Source: Balanoglossus misakiensis
Lineage: Eukaryota > Animalia > Hemichordata
Direction of reading: 5' to 3'
Length of the DNA stretch: 64,000 nt
Assembly (NCBI GenBank): GCA_040954595.2
Contig: CM082592.2
Coordinates: 8,543,677-8,607,676 of the forward strand
The translations under genes were made by a program, and so were the position numbers. Of this stretch, positions 1 to 13,060 are shown one piece after another (positions within the stretch are counted from its first letter, which is position 1; each line of letters opens with the position of its first letter). The notes beneath the pieces were generated by a model. That model was not told the origin of the DNA. It worked only from the letters and a program-made list of their open reading frames with translations, and did not search any database.

Positions 1-1437
1 ATGCGCAGTGACCGACCTTGAGTTCCATAAATGATTATACCTCTTCTGTCTTCAATCGGCTTACAACAAAAGTATGCAAATCCACATTTTAATAAAAATT
101 ATAAACGGGTGCGGACCACATATTATGTGTTTCGTTCATATTTGTAGAATCAGGTATAGGCCTATAGCTGTTTGGATAAAAAAAATGTGTGTTAAAATTG
201 AGAACTATATGTAAATGGCATTACGTAAACTGCATAAAAGCGAGTTCATCGTGATGAAATGTTACGAGAGGGTCGCCCCGTTATTTTTAGCGCCTGGTTG
301 AGACCAGCAGCCACTGGATGTTAAACGCCGTTTAAAGTAATTACTATCTGAGTCAGCTGCTAGAAATTGAATTCAACGCCGGCGGTGCGACTTTTCATTT
401 GTGAACTCCTCGTGAATTCATCGGCTGACTGATTGTGAAATGATGAACTGAGCGCCTAAAATTTAGGCCGTTTTAAACTGCACTGTATACCAGCAGGGAG
501 CATGTATATACACGTACATACATGTGTAACGATAAAATTAATGTCTAGTTGCAATTATAAAAACCCATCTGTAAAATGTCACTTGCTAAAAAGACGTTCG
601 TCCTCTCATGTCCGCCCACATAATTTGTCATCTGACGACGATCCAGGATGATGTAAGCGGGCATGCCACCTCGCAGCGATCGTCATTGGTTTCCATGACC
701 ACGGGAGATCTGTCCGAGACTACACATTCTAGTAATAGAAAAGATAGGGTGACGAACATGCAGTGTGTCACGACTTTTGGCAGCCTGTAGCCATATAATA
801 TAAGCATTTGGATAAATCAGGTGTGACGTCAATCACAAGTGACGTCCAGTACCTTTGGAAGTGATTTCAATGTAATCTGAAGTTCGAAGGGATAGTACTT
901 TTCCGAGGGGGAATTGCCATCTGCCTCGAATAGAGGCATCGTGTACATCCTGATAATAACCATGTCCACGGGGCAGAAGTATTTTCAAATTTCCCCTGTT
1001 TCCATGACAACCGCAGTTCATGACGTTCGGGATTCTCTGGGTATTCATGATGAAAAAAAAAGTGCATTTGATGATCAAAAATAGAATGATGAACCCGGCC
1101 ATATGATATTTAGGGAACAAATTAAATACACTTGGGAAAATATCACGGTAATGTAACCTAAACACATTCCAAGTCTGCAAACCACATGACCTTTACATCA
1201 GATATGGAAACCTTGATGTGGGATTGTTGACGCCAAAGGTGAGCTCCTCCGTCAAATATGGTATTCATCTTCTAATCCTCTTATTAGGTTTCCTCCATGT
1301 TTACATGAATGTCACAGGTCAGTGAGAGTCTTCAAGTAACGGAGAAAGAAATACACACACAAAATTGCGATTACCACAGACACAAAATACCTTATGTTGA
1401 AAGTATTTGGTTTTGTTTATACTCGGACTATTCTTAA

Positions 1438-2056
1438 AGGGGAAATCCGCTGTAGCTGATTTCTACATAATTTGGTAGCTTTGATGTTTCTCTTTCAGAA
1501 AAAAACATATTCGCCATGTATAGGTCGCGCGATTTTTTACAAAATCTAGGGAAAGTTGGCAGAATTTCCAATATGGCGTTTACTGTAATTTGAATCATGG
1601 GAAAAAAAGCGCCAGGAGCAACTTCCGCCCACCATGGTGTGGGTGGTACCATTCTCCGATTGGTGTCACTGGGCGACAGACTAGGCGTATTTTCATAGCT
1701 ATTGTTTGTTCTTTGCATCAGTTGATAAACAATCATCAGCAAAGTCGAAAATTTGTCATCTATTGACAGTTTTCATGAGCTATAACCCATGAAAAATATG
1801 CAAATACGCTTAGCCTTTGACACAGTGACACCAATCGGAAAATGGTATCACCCACACCAAGGTGGGCGGAAGTTGGTCCTGGCGCTTTTTTTCCCATGAT
1901 TCAAATTACAGTAAACGCCATATTGGAAATTCTGCCAACTTTCCCTAGATTTTGTAAAAAATCGCGCGACCTATACATGGCGAATATGTTTTTTTCTGAA
2001 AGAGAGACATCAAAGCTACCAAATTATGTAGAAATCAGCTACAGCGGATTTCCCCT
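1438..2056. mobile_element. Non-autonomous DNA transposon (MITE) with ~260 bp imperfect TIRs, Kolobok-type, copy 1
   Basis: TTAA at 1434-1437 and 2057-2060; termini AGGGGAAATCCGCTGTAGCTG...CAGCTACAGCGGATTTCCCCT are reverse complements; arms ~1438-1700 and ~1795-2056. TTAA TSD with purine-purine termini is the Kolobok pattern (piggyBac starts CC). Confidence 0.88.
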
Positions 2057-5000
2057 TTAAATTACTCGCTTATCTGGCTTGTATTGTATTTACGTGATCG
2101 TCTCATTGTAGTTTACTAGTATCTTTCGGCTGTGCTCTGATAGCGTCTATGAAATTGTTAGACAGGACTTGCTATGGAAAGACAGATGTATCAAACTGAC
2201 ACAGAAAGAGAGGGTATAGGAAACCATGGTTACAAGCGAGACTTTCTGCTTCTGTCAAATTCATCAATACATTCTGGTTGAGATGCGGTCAATAACTTCT
2301 CATGTTGTGCCGCGCAGATATCCTCGATTCCCGGTGTGTGCATGTCTGCAAAGTCTTGTGGAACGTACGTGTGCCCTCAAGACGGTTTATTCTCCGATGT
2401 CTGTTCAAGACAGGTAGATCTCTCGGTGTTTTTCAGAGAAAAGCGGGCGATCGATTTCGAAAAGCACTTACTGTACGGTGACCCGAGACACAATTACATG
2501 TACCTAGTCACCAATTGAAGGCAGTTGTGTAATGGAAACGGCGACGCTGTTTGCGGATCGGTGGACAACTGCAACTCCGCTATCTGCAAAACGAAGAGCG
2601 GTTTCCTTTGTGCCTGGACGGATTCAATGGCATTGATCGAAGATGAAGCAAACGGCGCGCGACCTAAACGCGGATTGCATTGACATGTCTGTTCTGTGGC
2701 TTCATTTGTTGGTATTAAAAATGAATGCCGCCCGGTTAAATCTGTAAAATGTTTCTCCTTGTTTTGACCGAAACGACTTCGCTTCTATCTGCTGAATTAC
2801 CCTGAAGCTAACCTCGGAAACAACATTTTGTCGCATCGCATTATTGCCAAACCAGACACATGTTTCAGTACGATGGTTTATTTCGAACATGCGTGCTCTT
2901 TCTTGTCAACAACTTTAGAAGAAAAATTCAAACTCCCAGTTGATGATAACCCCGCCTGACCTCCGCGAGTTCAACTTAAATCATGCACACTAATGCAGAC
3001 AAGGCTATTAGGAAAGCACTTTAGCTAGAGTCGATTGAAAAATGTGAGACTTTTGATCAATGGGGGAGATGTCAATGCGAGGGAAGTAATAACGTTATAC
3101 ATGTATACGGCGACTATTACTTTCTTGTGAGATGAACAACGTCGATTTCATTTCCCGGCACCACAGTTCCACTTTCCGCCGAAACGGCCTCGTTTTAACG
3201 ACAACGTCTCCGACATAAAGGCTAAGGGTGTCCAATTGGCGAGTTCTAGTAAGAACGCCAGGTGTACCGCGAGATAGCATTTGAATAAATTTGAATGGTT
3301 ATATAATCCTGAGAGTGTCACTCGTCACAGTAAGATGTAATGGTGATTTTCAGCTCCCCATGCTCACAAGGGGAGCTTGTATAGCGATTTCTCAGTGTGT
3401 CTGTCTGTGTCTACCGACTTCATTCAAGTTCTAACCTTCCGGTCTGGATATTAATGACGCTATATATGACGTGAGAGGCGTAGGCGCCTATGGATGCGTA
3501 TTGGCACCAATTCCTTGTATCGTATAATCTTCGAAGAGAAAGGCCATGAATGTTTCCGTGAACGATGATGTTATTTAGGTCAGTAAATGTCCGCTATTTC
3601 GATAAACGCACTATATTATAATGACGCTCTGCACAGTATACAGGCTGTTGACACATCAATTTGAAAGCCGATTGTGTTTTTCATTGATGCTCCCGCATGT
3701 AAGCATCAGCCATGTGTCCATATGAAAGAATTCCTGATGTTTATCATCCATGCAACACATGTTCCCACTCTGCGTTCTCTCTGTAGTCACACCTACAAAA
3801 AACTAGTCATTCCTCGCCAAATCACGAATAATGTATTCTATTTCAAATTGAATTCGCCATTTCATTTCTCGCTGAATTGCTTTCTGCGCGTATGGCTTAT
3901 ACATGCTAATGTGGACACGGAATATCTCATGGGTTCAAAACAGATCGCTCTTCACCCATCGTCGCAAACGTACAACGGCCTCTTTTACGGCAACAATTTC
4001 GGCTTTCGCGGAAATAGATGGCTCTGGTTCGCGAGAATGTGTTCACGTGAAACAAAGAGAGGGTAATTTCTCTGTCACGCCTGGTTTGGTCGTGGCAAGT
4101 ACACCTGTTACAAGAAGGCTTGGGGTTACATGTAAATTCATTCGTAGGTTTTCACTGTTAGGCCTTCTGCGTATTCTGACAACTGCAAACGATGCAAGTG
4201 TTTCGGCATCGCGTGACATGTTTTAATTATGATTAGTCATATATGTATCGAGCACTTTGTATCGGACCGGTCGAACCACATATTTTGTATGGACATAGTT
4301 TACATACATAATTATATACATGTACATACACACACACACGATTGACTGGAAGACAGCCAGACACAGATTGCAATTTAATTATAGATCTCCCTCGACGTGT
4401 TTCATTAATTAGAAAATACACAAGCGAGAAAAGCAATTGACCAGATGTGCGCCGAACCGCGAGCGAATTTCACAGTTAAGACAATATTACCCTTTCTCTT
4501 TTGTCGGTGTTTGTTTTTCCACAAATTGAACTCCATGCCTCGATACGTTGTAATGAAACACGAGCGCAAACCTGGATAATGAAACTAATCTTACGTTGCG
4601 CTGTAAACAATGGCGCCCCTTTTTTGCCAGCTGTGACGGAGGCAAGTTTGGCTCATCTGCCGAGATTGCCGTTGCGTCAAACCTACCGTCCATTAGAAAT
4701 GTATTACATTAAGTACGATAACTAATACTGATCGGGTACTTTATGTGTTGCGGATGTTTATGCCCGGGGTTCGCTTTTAACAAGGCAAGGCTTGCATCAT
4801 ACTCCCTACTACAAGAACGCTTATTTCATTACGGCGAAGATTTAAAGTATCGCAATTCTCCGGTGCCGCAAATTTTCTAGGATGTCCACGTTCCACTGTC
4901 CAATTAATCCCTTTTTACATCTCCAGGTGTTGTCTGTCGTTCTGACAGTAATTTGTGCCTGGATGCTCCCTCGCTGCGAACCTGCTCTGTTGTTTGGAAC

Positions 5001-7057
5001 TCCCATTTCTGGTAATAACCTTAAATACAACGAACCAGGAAATATAGCGTTCCTTCGCAGACACAGACTGTTCATTTAAACAGGTAATTTAAACTCTACG
5101 CCGAGGAGTCACTTTAATATTTTATTTCTTTAAAACTCAATGCATTAAAAGGGTATTTCTTTATTTAAAATGGTACGGATCGAAGAGGCGAGTCTATACA
5201 CAGGTGTACATGTACTGTTGTGCATGGTTGCGTCGCATGTCTATGCAAATGCTTGCATGTAGTAGCAATCATTGTGTGCAAACACCGTGTTAATTACCAA
5301 TACCGCGTTACATTACATAAACTCTTTAGCTGGATCCCGCACGTGTTTATCAGAAATATTGTGGTGACGTAGCGATGTGAGATTTTAATATTGTAAATCC
5401 ATATTCCACATTTGTAACGGTTGAATAATCAGACTAATATCGGATTGATGTCAGTGAAAACTTTCCTCGTGCGGTTTATAACATGCCATCAAAATACCCC
5501 GTGAGGTTTAGAATATATTGTAAACGTACAACCAACTTGTACTGACCGTGGTTTTACAAAGTGAAGCAAACCATGCAGAAGTATGTCGATGCTTTATTTG
5601 TATTCAGCGCACAGCAGTAAGAAGATCAAAGCGTTTTACTGCGCCGATCGATCCGACCACCTGCGTATGCCGCCGCCGAAACACCACCAGAACTGTTCAA
5701 AGCTTTCCGGGCGGAGTGGCTCTTTTGGCCGCCGCTTATTCACGGGTCCCCGAGGGATTGCTTTTGTGGGTCTCGTGGGTTTTTGCGGAATGTATATCCA
5801 GTACAACCAGATAGCGCTATCGGCTAATACGTCTACGGAAAGTTCATAATGGCGTCTGCGTATTAGGAAAATGGCGACAAAAGAAATTGAAAGGGCGCGA
5901 GGTGATAAATGCTAACGATAAAATATGAAATGAATCAATGCGGGAATGCTAAACCTGCAGGCAGGTGTGCTTTTGCGTCTAGCAAAGGCACTGCTATCGT
6001 CTGAAAGACGTTGTCTCGGACTTGACGGAAATAACATTGAATAGAGACAGATAGCAACGAGGTATACTGTAAACTAAAATTACATTTAACTTTAATGAAT
6101 ATCGATATGTCGTCGTAATTCGTGAGAAATGGTCATTGAAATCAGGGTTGCCATGGTGATGGACGCAGTTTCATCAATGTCTATCGTGTCTGAAGGACAC
6201 TACGAGACTAAATTGAACCCCAAACAATACAGCTCATCGTCGTCGTACACTATGTACTGTTTATTGAGTACTGACATTGCCATGGGAACGAAAAATCGAA
6301 GCTATTACATTTGGTGTAAAAATTCATAAATTCCGCCATAAATGAAAAGAAATATTACAAAGTGGTTTTCATTTAAGTGGCATCCGTTAGCCTTAAAGTA
6401 ATAACAATCTGGATGATGTTTCTCTATTCAGGGAAATTACACAGCAAAAGTGATCTTTACCGCGAGTTTGCGAGTAATGTGCACAATAGTGAGGAATTAT
6501 TTATAGCCAATATCACCAATAAAAAACTCTACCTCCTCCGCCGATATCCCGTTCAAATAGGTTTCAAATTAGGTTTCCTAAACACGTATTTCCTCTTCTG
6601 ATATTCGTACGTGGAAATATGTTCGAGTGTCTTCAATTCGTCTGCAATCTGGTCTACATCATCAACTCATATAAATATTCTCTTCACAAGAATTTCATAT
6701 ACAGTACTCATTTTTATTCAAAACTTGAGACATTTAATACTCACAATCATCAAACGTTTCATTTGCTCTCACCCGAAAATATTTCCCTCTTTGGTTCTTG
6801 GTCATGTGGTGGCAGAAACAAAAACGAGAAACGAGCACGCCATTTCTGCAAATTTACCAAGAAGATCGCGAAGCACGGCCATATTGTCTTGACCCCAATG
6901 TAGGAATGTACCTTCTTCTAAAATGTATACAAAATAGTACCGAAGCAAAATTACTGCCTGTGGTGTCACAAAACCAAACTATCCAATTCAGTATCATAAT
7001 ATATAAACCGAGACCATGAAAGTACCCCCAGTACATCCACCAACAGGCCTACAAGTG

Positions 7058-7082
7058 CCAATCATGACGTCACATGACGTCA
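7058..7082. promoter_or_regulatory. CCAAT box followed by two tandem perfect CRE palindromes (TGACGTCA x2)
   Basis: ccaatcaTGACGTCAcaTGACGTCA; CREs at 7065-7072 and 7075-7082. Function is inferred. Confidence 0.4.
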
Positions 7083-9346
7083 CGCGATCTATAGTTGTAC
7101 ACGTTAATGGAATACAGACTCTCTTAACAGCACGTTTTAGTTCAATTTCATACGATTCGGAAGTAAAATCAACAAATCAGATTGCACTTAATTAAAAAAA
7201 ATAGTAAACAGTAGTAGCGAGGGGAAAGCTTATTACCTCTAGAACTACTAGTATACCGTTTGTTACCAAAATTTATGTCTCGAAACATTGATTGAAAACA
7301 CAGTAATCGTTAATGTGAATTATTTACATAACGTTCAACTGTTGGTCATCTCTTTTGTCAACTTACTGATTCCTGTCTCTCTGATATGATTAGATTTGAT
7401 CTAATCATCTCAGTTTGTTTAAATCATACACTCAGCACACCAAAAATCAAATCTATTCTGTGCGGTTGTTTTTGGCACAGGCGTATCTTTTTACGTGTCT
7501 CTCGGCAAATACTGTCCAGTTTAACTAGCTTTATACAAAGCCCCATAACTTGGAATGGCGGTCATTGAATATAACTGGCAGGACACTGCAATTGTCAGAA
7601 AAAGTGCGTGTCTTTTCCCGGTCACTGTACTGTGTTGCGAAAACAGAGAAATGTCGACATTGTCTCGCAGAAATATGCTCTATAACATACATCGGGAGGA
7701 AAATGCGGCGTTTAAACGCAACAATTTGTGCGAAGGTTTTCAAATAATACAAATAATTCAAATATACATGGGGTTTATTAGGTCGTTTGTTACTAATAAT
7801 AGAACGGTTTTCTGGCCGACGCCCAGTGCAGTGTTCGCTGCTGTACGGAATCCATTGTATATGGCTGGCTCATGCCTTTACATACACGCTCTCGCAGAGT
7901 GTTCGTTCAATCACGTTGAAATGGTGGCACCATCCTAATAAAACACCAGGATGTAAGGCCATGCAGTTGTCATGGAAAAGGGCGAAATATACACCTATCA
8001 GTCGCCGCAGTTCCTGGTCGACCCTTCGCCCTTTAACAAAAGAACCTTTACGGACATTGTTTTGATGACCCCGAGGGATCACATTATGGGTTTCCTGCGC
8101 ATATCGTGGTCAGCACAAGGTCATTCAAAAACATCTTAACACAACTGCATTGATGGCCGTTCTTGTTAAAAGCCTAAAATAAACTGGGAGGCAATGTCAA
8201 TGTCAAAATGTTTCTGAACAATGACGGTCGCCATTCTGTTAAATGAAAAGGATTTTCAATTCATGATCTCTGCACAATTCATTCCGTTGCGGGTAAAGTG
8301 GCTTTCCTCGCAAATCAAACCACACTTCGACTCGTTTATATTAATGTGGCTACATCGATAACCTTTACCTTTTAGTACATTCAATATGCATTAGTACTCT
8401 CTAAGACGACGTGTACTGTATAGGCGCAAATTTTGCCCAAGAAATATTTGAATAGAATATCTTACATCGGGTCTAAAAGTTTAAGTTTCGTGACTGAAAG
8501 TGTAAAATCCGACAGCGACATCAGAAAACTTGTTTTAGACACATAACTGGTGCTGCAGCTGAGTCAGGTGATTCATATCACGTCATTTGATTGGATGATT
8601 TGAATATAAAATTTAAATTTCCTATTATGATTACATTATAGTAACTATATAGTACTTTAGCTCGATAGATTCTCTCAATTATAATTTTCTAAACTCATTT
8701 CATAAAGCAAATTAAACTGTTTATAATTACACAGAAGTGGAATATTGACGTAAACTTTCATTGAACTGTGGGTAATCCGAGTGCAAATGTATCGGCGAAA
8801 GCGATCCGCCTTGATGTAAATATATACAGGTAACGCTAGTCGTTTAGCAAACAACTTGAAAGACGAACAGAGTGCGGGGGGTATAGGTGGCAGATGACCT
8901 TGCGGCTTGAGACACAGGCCACATTTAGTTTGTTCAAAAGTTTAACTAACTTTGATGTTGGGTAATCGCTAAACCCGGCAACACGTTTAATGTTTGCCCC
9001 CCTTAATATGAGTCTGTGTTGACAGTAATGTCTTACTAATAAACTTCGACCTATGAACAGAAACTCGCATTAATCATTAAAATTTCGTTGTAACTTAAAA
9101 GTACTGAACTGTGACATGCAACCAATATCTGTACCAAACCGTGTATGTGCGATATCCCCGTTTAAGTACAACAAAGGGACCGGCCGACACACACGTCTAG
9201 AATATGACACATTTTGTCGTCTGCCTACGTATGTTTGTACAGGAGATCCGCCGGCCGTCGCAGCATATAAAACCACGCCCTGTGGCCTTGTTTCGTTGCT
9301 TGTGCTATTTTCCGTTCAATATAAGTAGGTGATTCACCAACACTCG

Positions 9347-10597
9347 TTATTTTTTACTCTTCCCGAATTTGAAGTTGGCGATTCCGTTCAGAATTCCTTT
9401 GGAAGACTTTGACGGCTTTTTCGTGCTTCCGGCAGTCTCTATGACATCATCGTCCCCCATTTCAGTGTCCCAGGTTGCCGACGGCTCCGGTATAGTACTG
9501 TCCGACTCGGAAAATCTCACCGATTTCTTTTTCGCCCGACTAAGTTCACTCTCTGAATCGTCCTCCCCACTCTCTGTGGTGTTTTCGTTGTCGTCTTTTG
9601 ATTCGAGCGAGCTGTTTGTCTTTGCGGGTGAGCTGTCCTTGCTCTGGTCGGTTTTACACTTGTCCTGGCTGCGCTCTTTTCTGAGTTTGGCAGCTGACGG
9701 ACTGGTGGCGTCTACACGTTGTACCTGCTGCCCTTGTTGTAACAATTGTGGGTTGAAGGCTGCAACGACCGGCTCACCTTGGAGTTGTTCTTTGTCACTA
9801 CCCTTGGCCTCCCGTGCGTTCTCATCACTTTCGCCGCCGGCTCCGTTCTCTGGTTTCTCGTCCTTCTCTTCCTCGTCATCAGAGCCATCCCTCTTCGCCA
9901 GAGCAGAGGCAAAAGCGTGGTTGTTTTCCACGACGCTCGAACCCTGTCCGCCATTTTTCTTTGGACTTTCACCCACCCGATCGAACTCGTCTACATTGTC
10001 TATATTAAATGTAATTTTAACAGTAGAGACCGGTGGTTGGTAGCGCTTAACCGCTGTCTGGTGTTCCATTTTCCCTTGCTCGTGGGTTATATGCAAAATA
10101 TTCGGTTTGTTGGTACTTTCCTTTCTAGGGTGCCTATTTTCCCAGGCCTCGGCTGCTTTCTGAAACGCTTTCACTAGATACAGGGTGAGCGATTTGGCGA
10201 CCGACGATGTTTCGCACAGAAAAGCATGGCACTCCCACGGGTTTTCACCTTCCGCGTCCTCGCTTCTCATGACGAACGAGAAAACTCGAGTGTGGACCGG
10301 ATCCGCCGCTCCGAACGACATCTTGTAGATGGGTATAAATCGCTCCCGGTTGGCTTCGTCTTCGACCGGGCCGACGGCGCACGTAGCTACGCCCTTGTTC
10401 GTGATTTCGATTGTGAGCCGTTCATAGTTCTTGCCTTTGTTGAATTTGAACGCTCTGTACATAAGTTCCACTGGTTTCATGGTACATTCCAGCCCCATTT
10501 TGCCGTTGGCAGCCATCTTCCCTAGATACTGAACGTTGTACTTGGTTTCCGGGGGATTCGGCTCGAAGGCCTGGCTGCGCCTCTTCCAAAACGCCAT
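9347..10597 (-). CDS. PTB/PID-domain adaptor protein 1 (LDLRAP1/FAM43-like), 416 aa, single coding exon
   Basis: Long GC-enriched ORF with PTB hallmarks YNVQYLG...LTIEITNKGV...IPIYKMSFGAADPVHTRVFSFV...WECHAFLCE...AKSLTLYLVKAF; acidic disordered tail; in-frame stop upstream of the ATG; splice acceptor (tctttcattgcctgtttttag) at 10781-10780. Confidence 0.9.
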   Translation of the reverse strand: MAFWKRRSQAFEPNPPETKYNVQYLGKMAANGKMGLECTMKPVELMYRAFKFNKGKNYERLTIEITNKGVATCAVGPVEDEANRERFIPIYKMSFGAADPVHTRVFSFVMRSEDAEGENPWECHAFLCETSSVAKSLTLYLVKAFQKAAEAWENRHPRKESTNKPNILHITHEQGKMEHQTAVKRYQPPVSTVKITFNIDNVDEFDRVGESPKKNGGQGSSVVENNHAFASALAKRDGSDDEEEKDEKPENGAGGESDENAREAKGSDKEQLQGEPVVAAFNPQLLQQGQQVQRVDATSPSAAKLRKERSQDKCKTDQSKDSSPAKTNSSLESKDDNENTTESGEDDSESELSRAKKKSVRFSESDSTIPEPSATWDTEMGDDDVIETAGSTKKPSKSSKGILNGIANFKFGKSKK

Positions 10598-13060
10598 GGT
10601 GTTTTGTCGAGCGTTTTGTGTACCTCTTCCTCCGTGTTTGACGTGCTACGACTGTGGACTGGGGAATTCAAATGTCCATTCAATTTCAACGTGTAAGCAT
10701 AGAAAGTGGCGCATGCGTGGTCTTGCACGTGGATAATGCGTCACGTCGGCGCTGTTGTGTTGAGCTTTGTATGTGAAGACTAAAAACAGGCAATGAAAGA
10801 TCAGTCCGTTGCACCCATAGTCAATCTATAGTCTGCTCGATAAACAGCTATTCAAAGGCGACCTTAGGAGACCCGATGCATTGTCATCTGCCCTGCTGAG
10901 CGACACTCCATTACTAGTGAACTTTTCAAGTTCCGTGAACTCGGCAGAAAACGAAAACTGGCCAGCTTGCACCGTTGGCCACGGCAACCCGAGAAAATTC
11001 CCAAACACAGGTTTCCCCAACACCCCCTTGTTATGTCAAGACGTCGATCGACAAAAGCAGTCGCAGACTTGAATGAGTCAGTCAGTCAGTCGCCTCCACG
11101 TAAGATGACTCAGGCGACATCTGTGCCGTGGCACAACTATCGATTACCGAATTCGCGATCCACCTAACTATTGATCAACCTGTATGAATTGTTAATATGT
11201 GCCTATATTGCAATCATTCGAAGAGTGACAGTTTGCACCGGGAATGGGACCAAGTAATTATGCAATGAAAGTACAATGCATGGCGCGACTATAAAAGTTA
11301 CACCTGTAATTCACATTTTATGCGCCATCAAGATAATTGCACTGGTTGTTCGAATAACTTCATTAATCTTGATTTGCTTTCATCGTTTGCACGTAAGGAG
11401 TTATGCTGTACTGTACAGGTCATTCTGGTGTACTGATATTGTTGAATGCAGCGCCATCATCCACGAGTTCCTCGTCATTCTCGTTCAACGTTTCCAGGCG
11501 AAGTAGCCTGAAAAAAATGAAAACCACAAACTCCCCGAGGAAACAAAACCACCTGTTGATCACATGATGCGGTACAGTGATTTCCGATTGGCTTCAGAGC
11601 AGGACGTTTCTGACTTTTTAGCGGGTCACACCAGTCACATGTTTTCTCTGGTATACGCTACCACTGCAAACAATATATAATCTTGTTATTGTCCCACAGT
11701 GTCTGTCTCTATGTCTGTCTCTCTGTCTCCCCAATAACCACGTTCACGTTTGCGAAACCCGTATTGAACTCGACAGATTCTTTGACATCTTTTCGAAGAC
11801 CCCAGTGTACGCTGACCAAGTATACATGTACCCCTAACGTTTTTTTCTGACGCCATACACCACTCAGGTGTTACTCACCTGTCGGGTTACCGAAGAAACT
11901 GCTGATAAAAACACTTCAACTGTTTGCGTTGGCAACTTTCCCAGCGGCCCTTCAGATGGTCACAAGGGAGACTGTCGCAATAAACCCCAAACAATGCCTT
12001 TCAACCGAGTAATCTATCACACTTTTGTCTTTTTGCAGCATGTGTCATATAGCCCCCATTAAGAGCACTCTTGCTAGTCGGCCAGTGGTTGTGAATTATT
12101 GGGAGATTTGTGGAGTTTTGTAAAGAAGGGTGGTTTATTGGATGCGGATGTCCCGCACACAAGTATAGCTGTCGTCGACAGTCCGCAGTTTACCTTCCAC
12201 GCCGATATCACGTGATCCGTACCGACTTATACACCCACTCAAGACGTCTTGTTCGCCAACAACATTGGGGCCATTTACAATCTCCATCCTCGTTGCCAAG
12301 GTAACAGAGCGTGGCGCCGGCCTATTAAACGGGATAATCTGCTCGATCATGTTGTTGGGGCTGTAACGGGACTAATTATCGACAAGCTTGTCCCTTACTA
12401 ACATCTTTTATTGGCCAGGACACGTTTCAGTGTTCACTGAGATCTCTGTCAGTCAACGACATTCGGACAACCTCACTTACAACATTCGGTTGATGGCGAC
12501 AGTCTTTGACAATACATTCGTGTATATATACACGTTTCAGTAATCAGGTCAGCTCAGTTGTAATGCGTGTTGTCACATAATCAGGAACAAATTGTAACGC
12601 TGTATAATGTATAATATGGCTGGTCTCCATTTTGAGTACTATGACGATGTCTTGACGTCAACTTGAAATGATTTTACACTGTCATGATACATTTTATTAA
12701 AATCCGCATATGAGATTGTTCTTATACTTTCAGTAAGCATGACAATTAAAAAGCGCATTTCTAATATAAAAGACGTTCAAGCAACATCGAATTGAAGACT
12801 GCAAATTGATCACTTTTGGGAAAATTATTGATAGAAGTGTAACTCAACACATGTCCTTATAGTCATTGCTCAATCGGACAGCCAAGTGGAAAAACGAATA
12901 AGCTATGAGAATCCGGCAAGATTATATGCGTGATACACTGAACAAAATTTTTGAAACATGTACTGAGTATCTTAAACTGAAGTACGGCTACCAACGCACT
13001 GTGACAATATAAAGTCAATGTCTGATCTCAAAGTGTTGAGATCTCCCCTTGTTGTAAGGA

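Noticed and set aside
1-485. Possible right end of a Tc1/mariner-like element (...aaactgcactg|ta)
   Set aside because: The partner TIR is not in the window, so it cannot be supported.
1434-2060. ORFs 1434-1742 (-), 1842-2060 (+) and 44947-45165 (+) encoding the same peptide
   Set aside because: They are readings of the MITE inverted repeats; no transposase or other domain.
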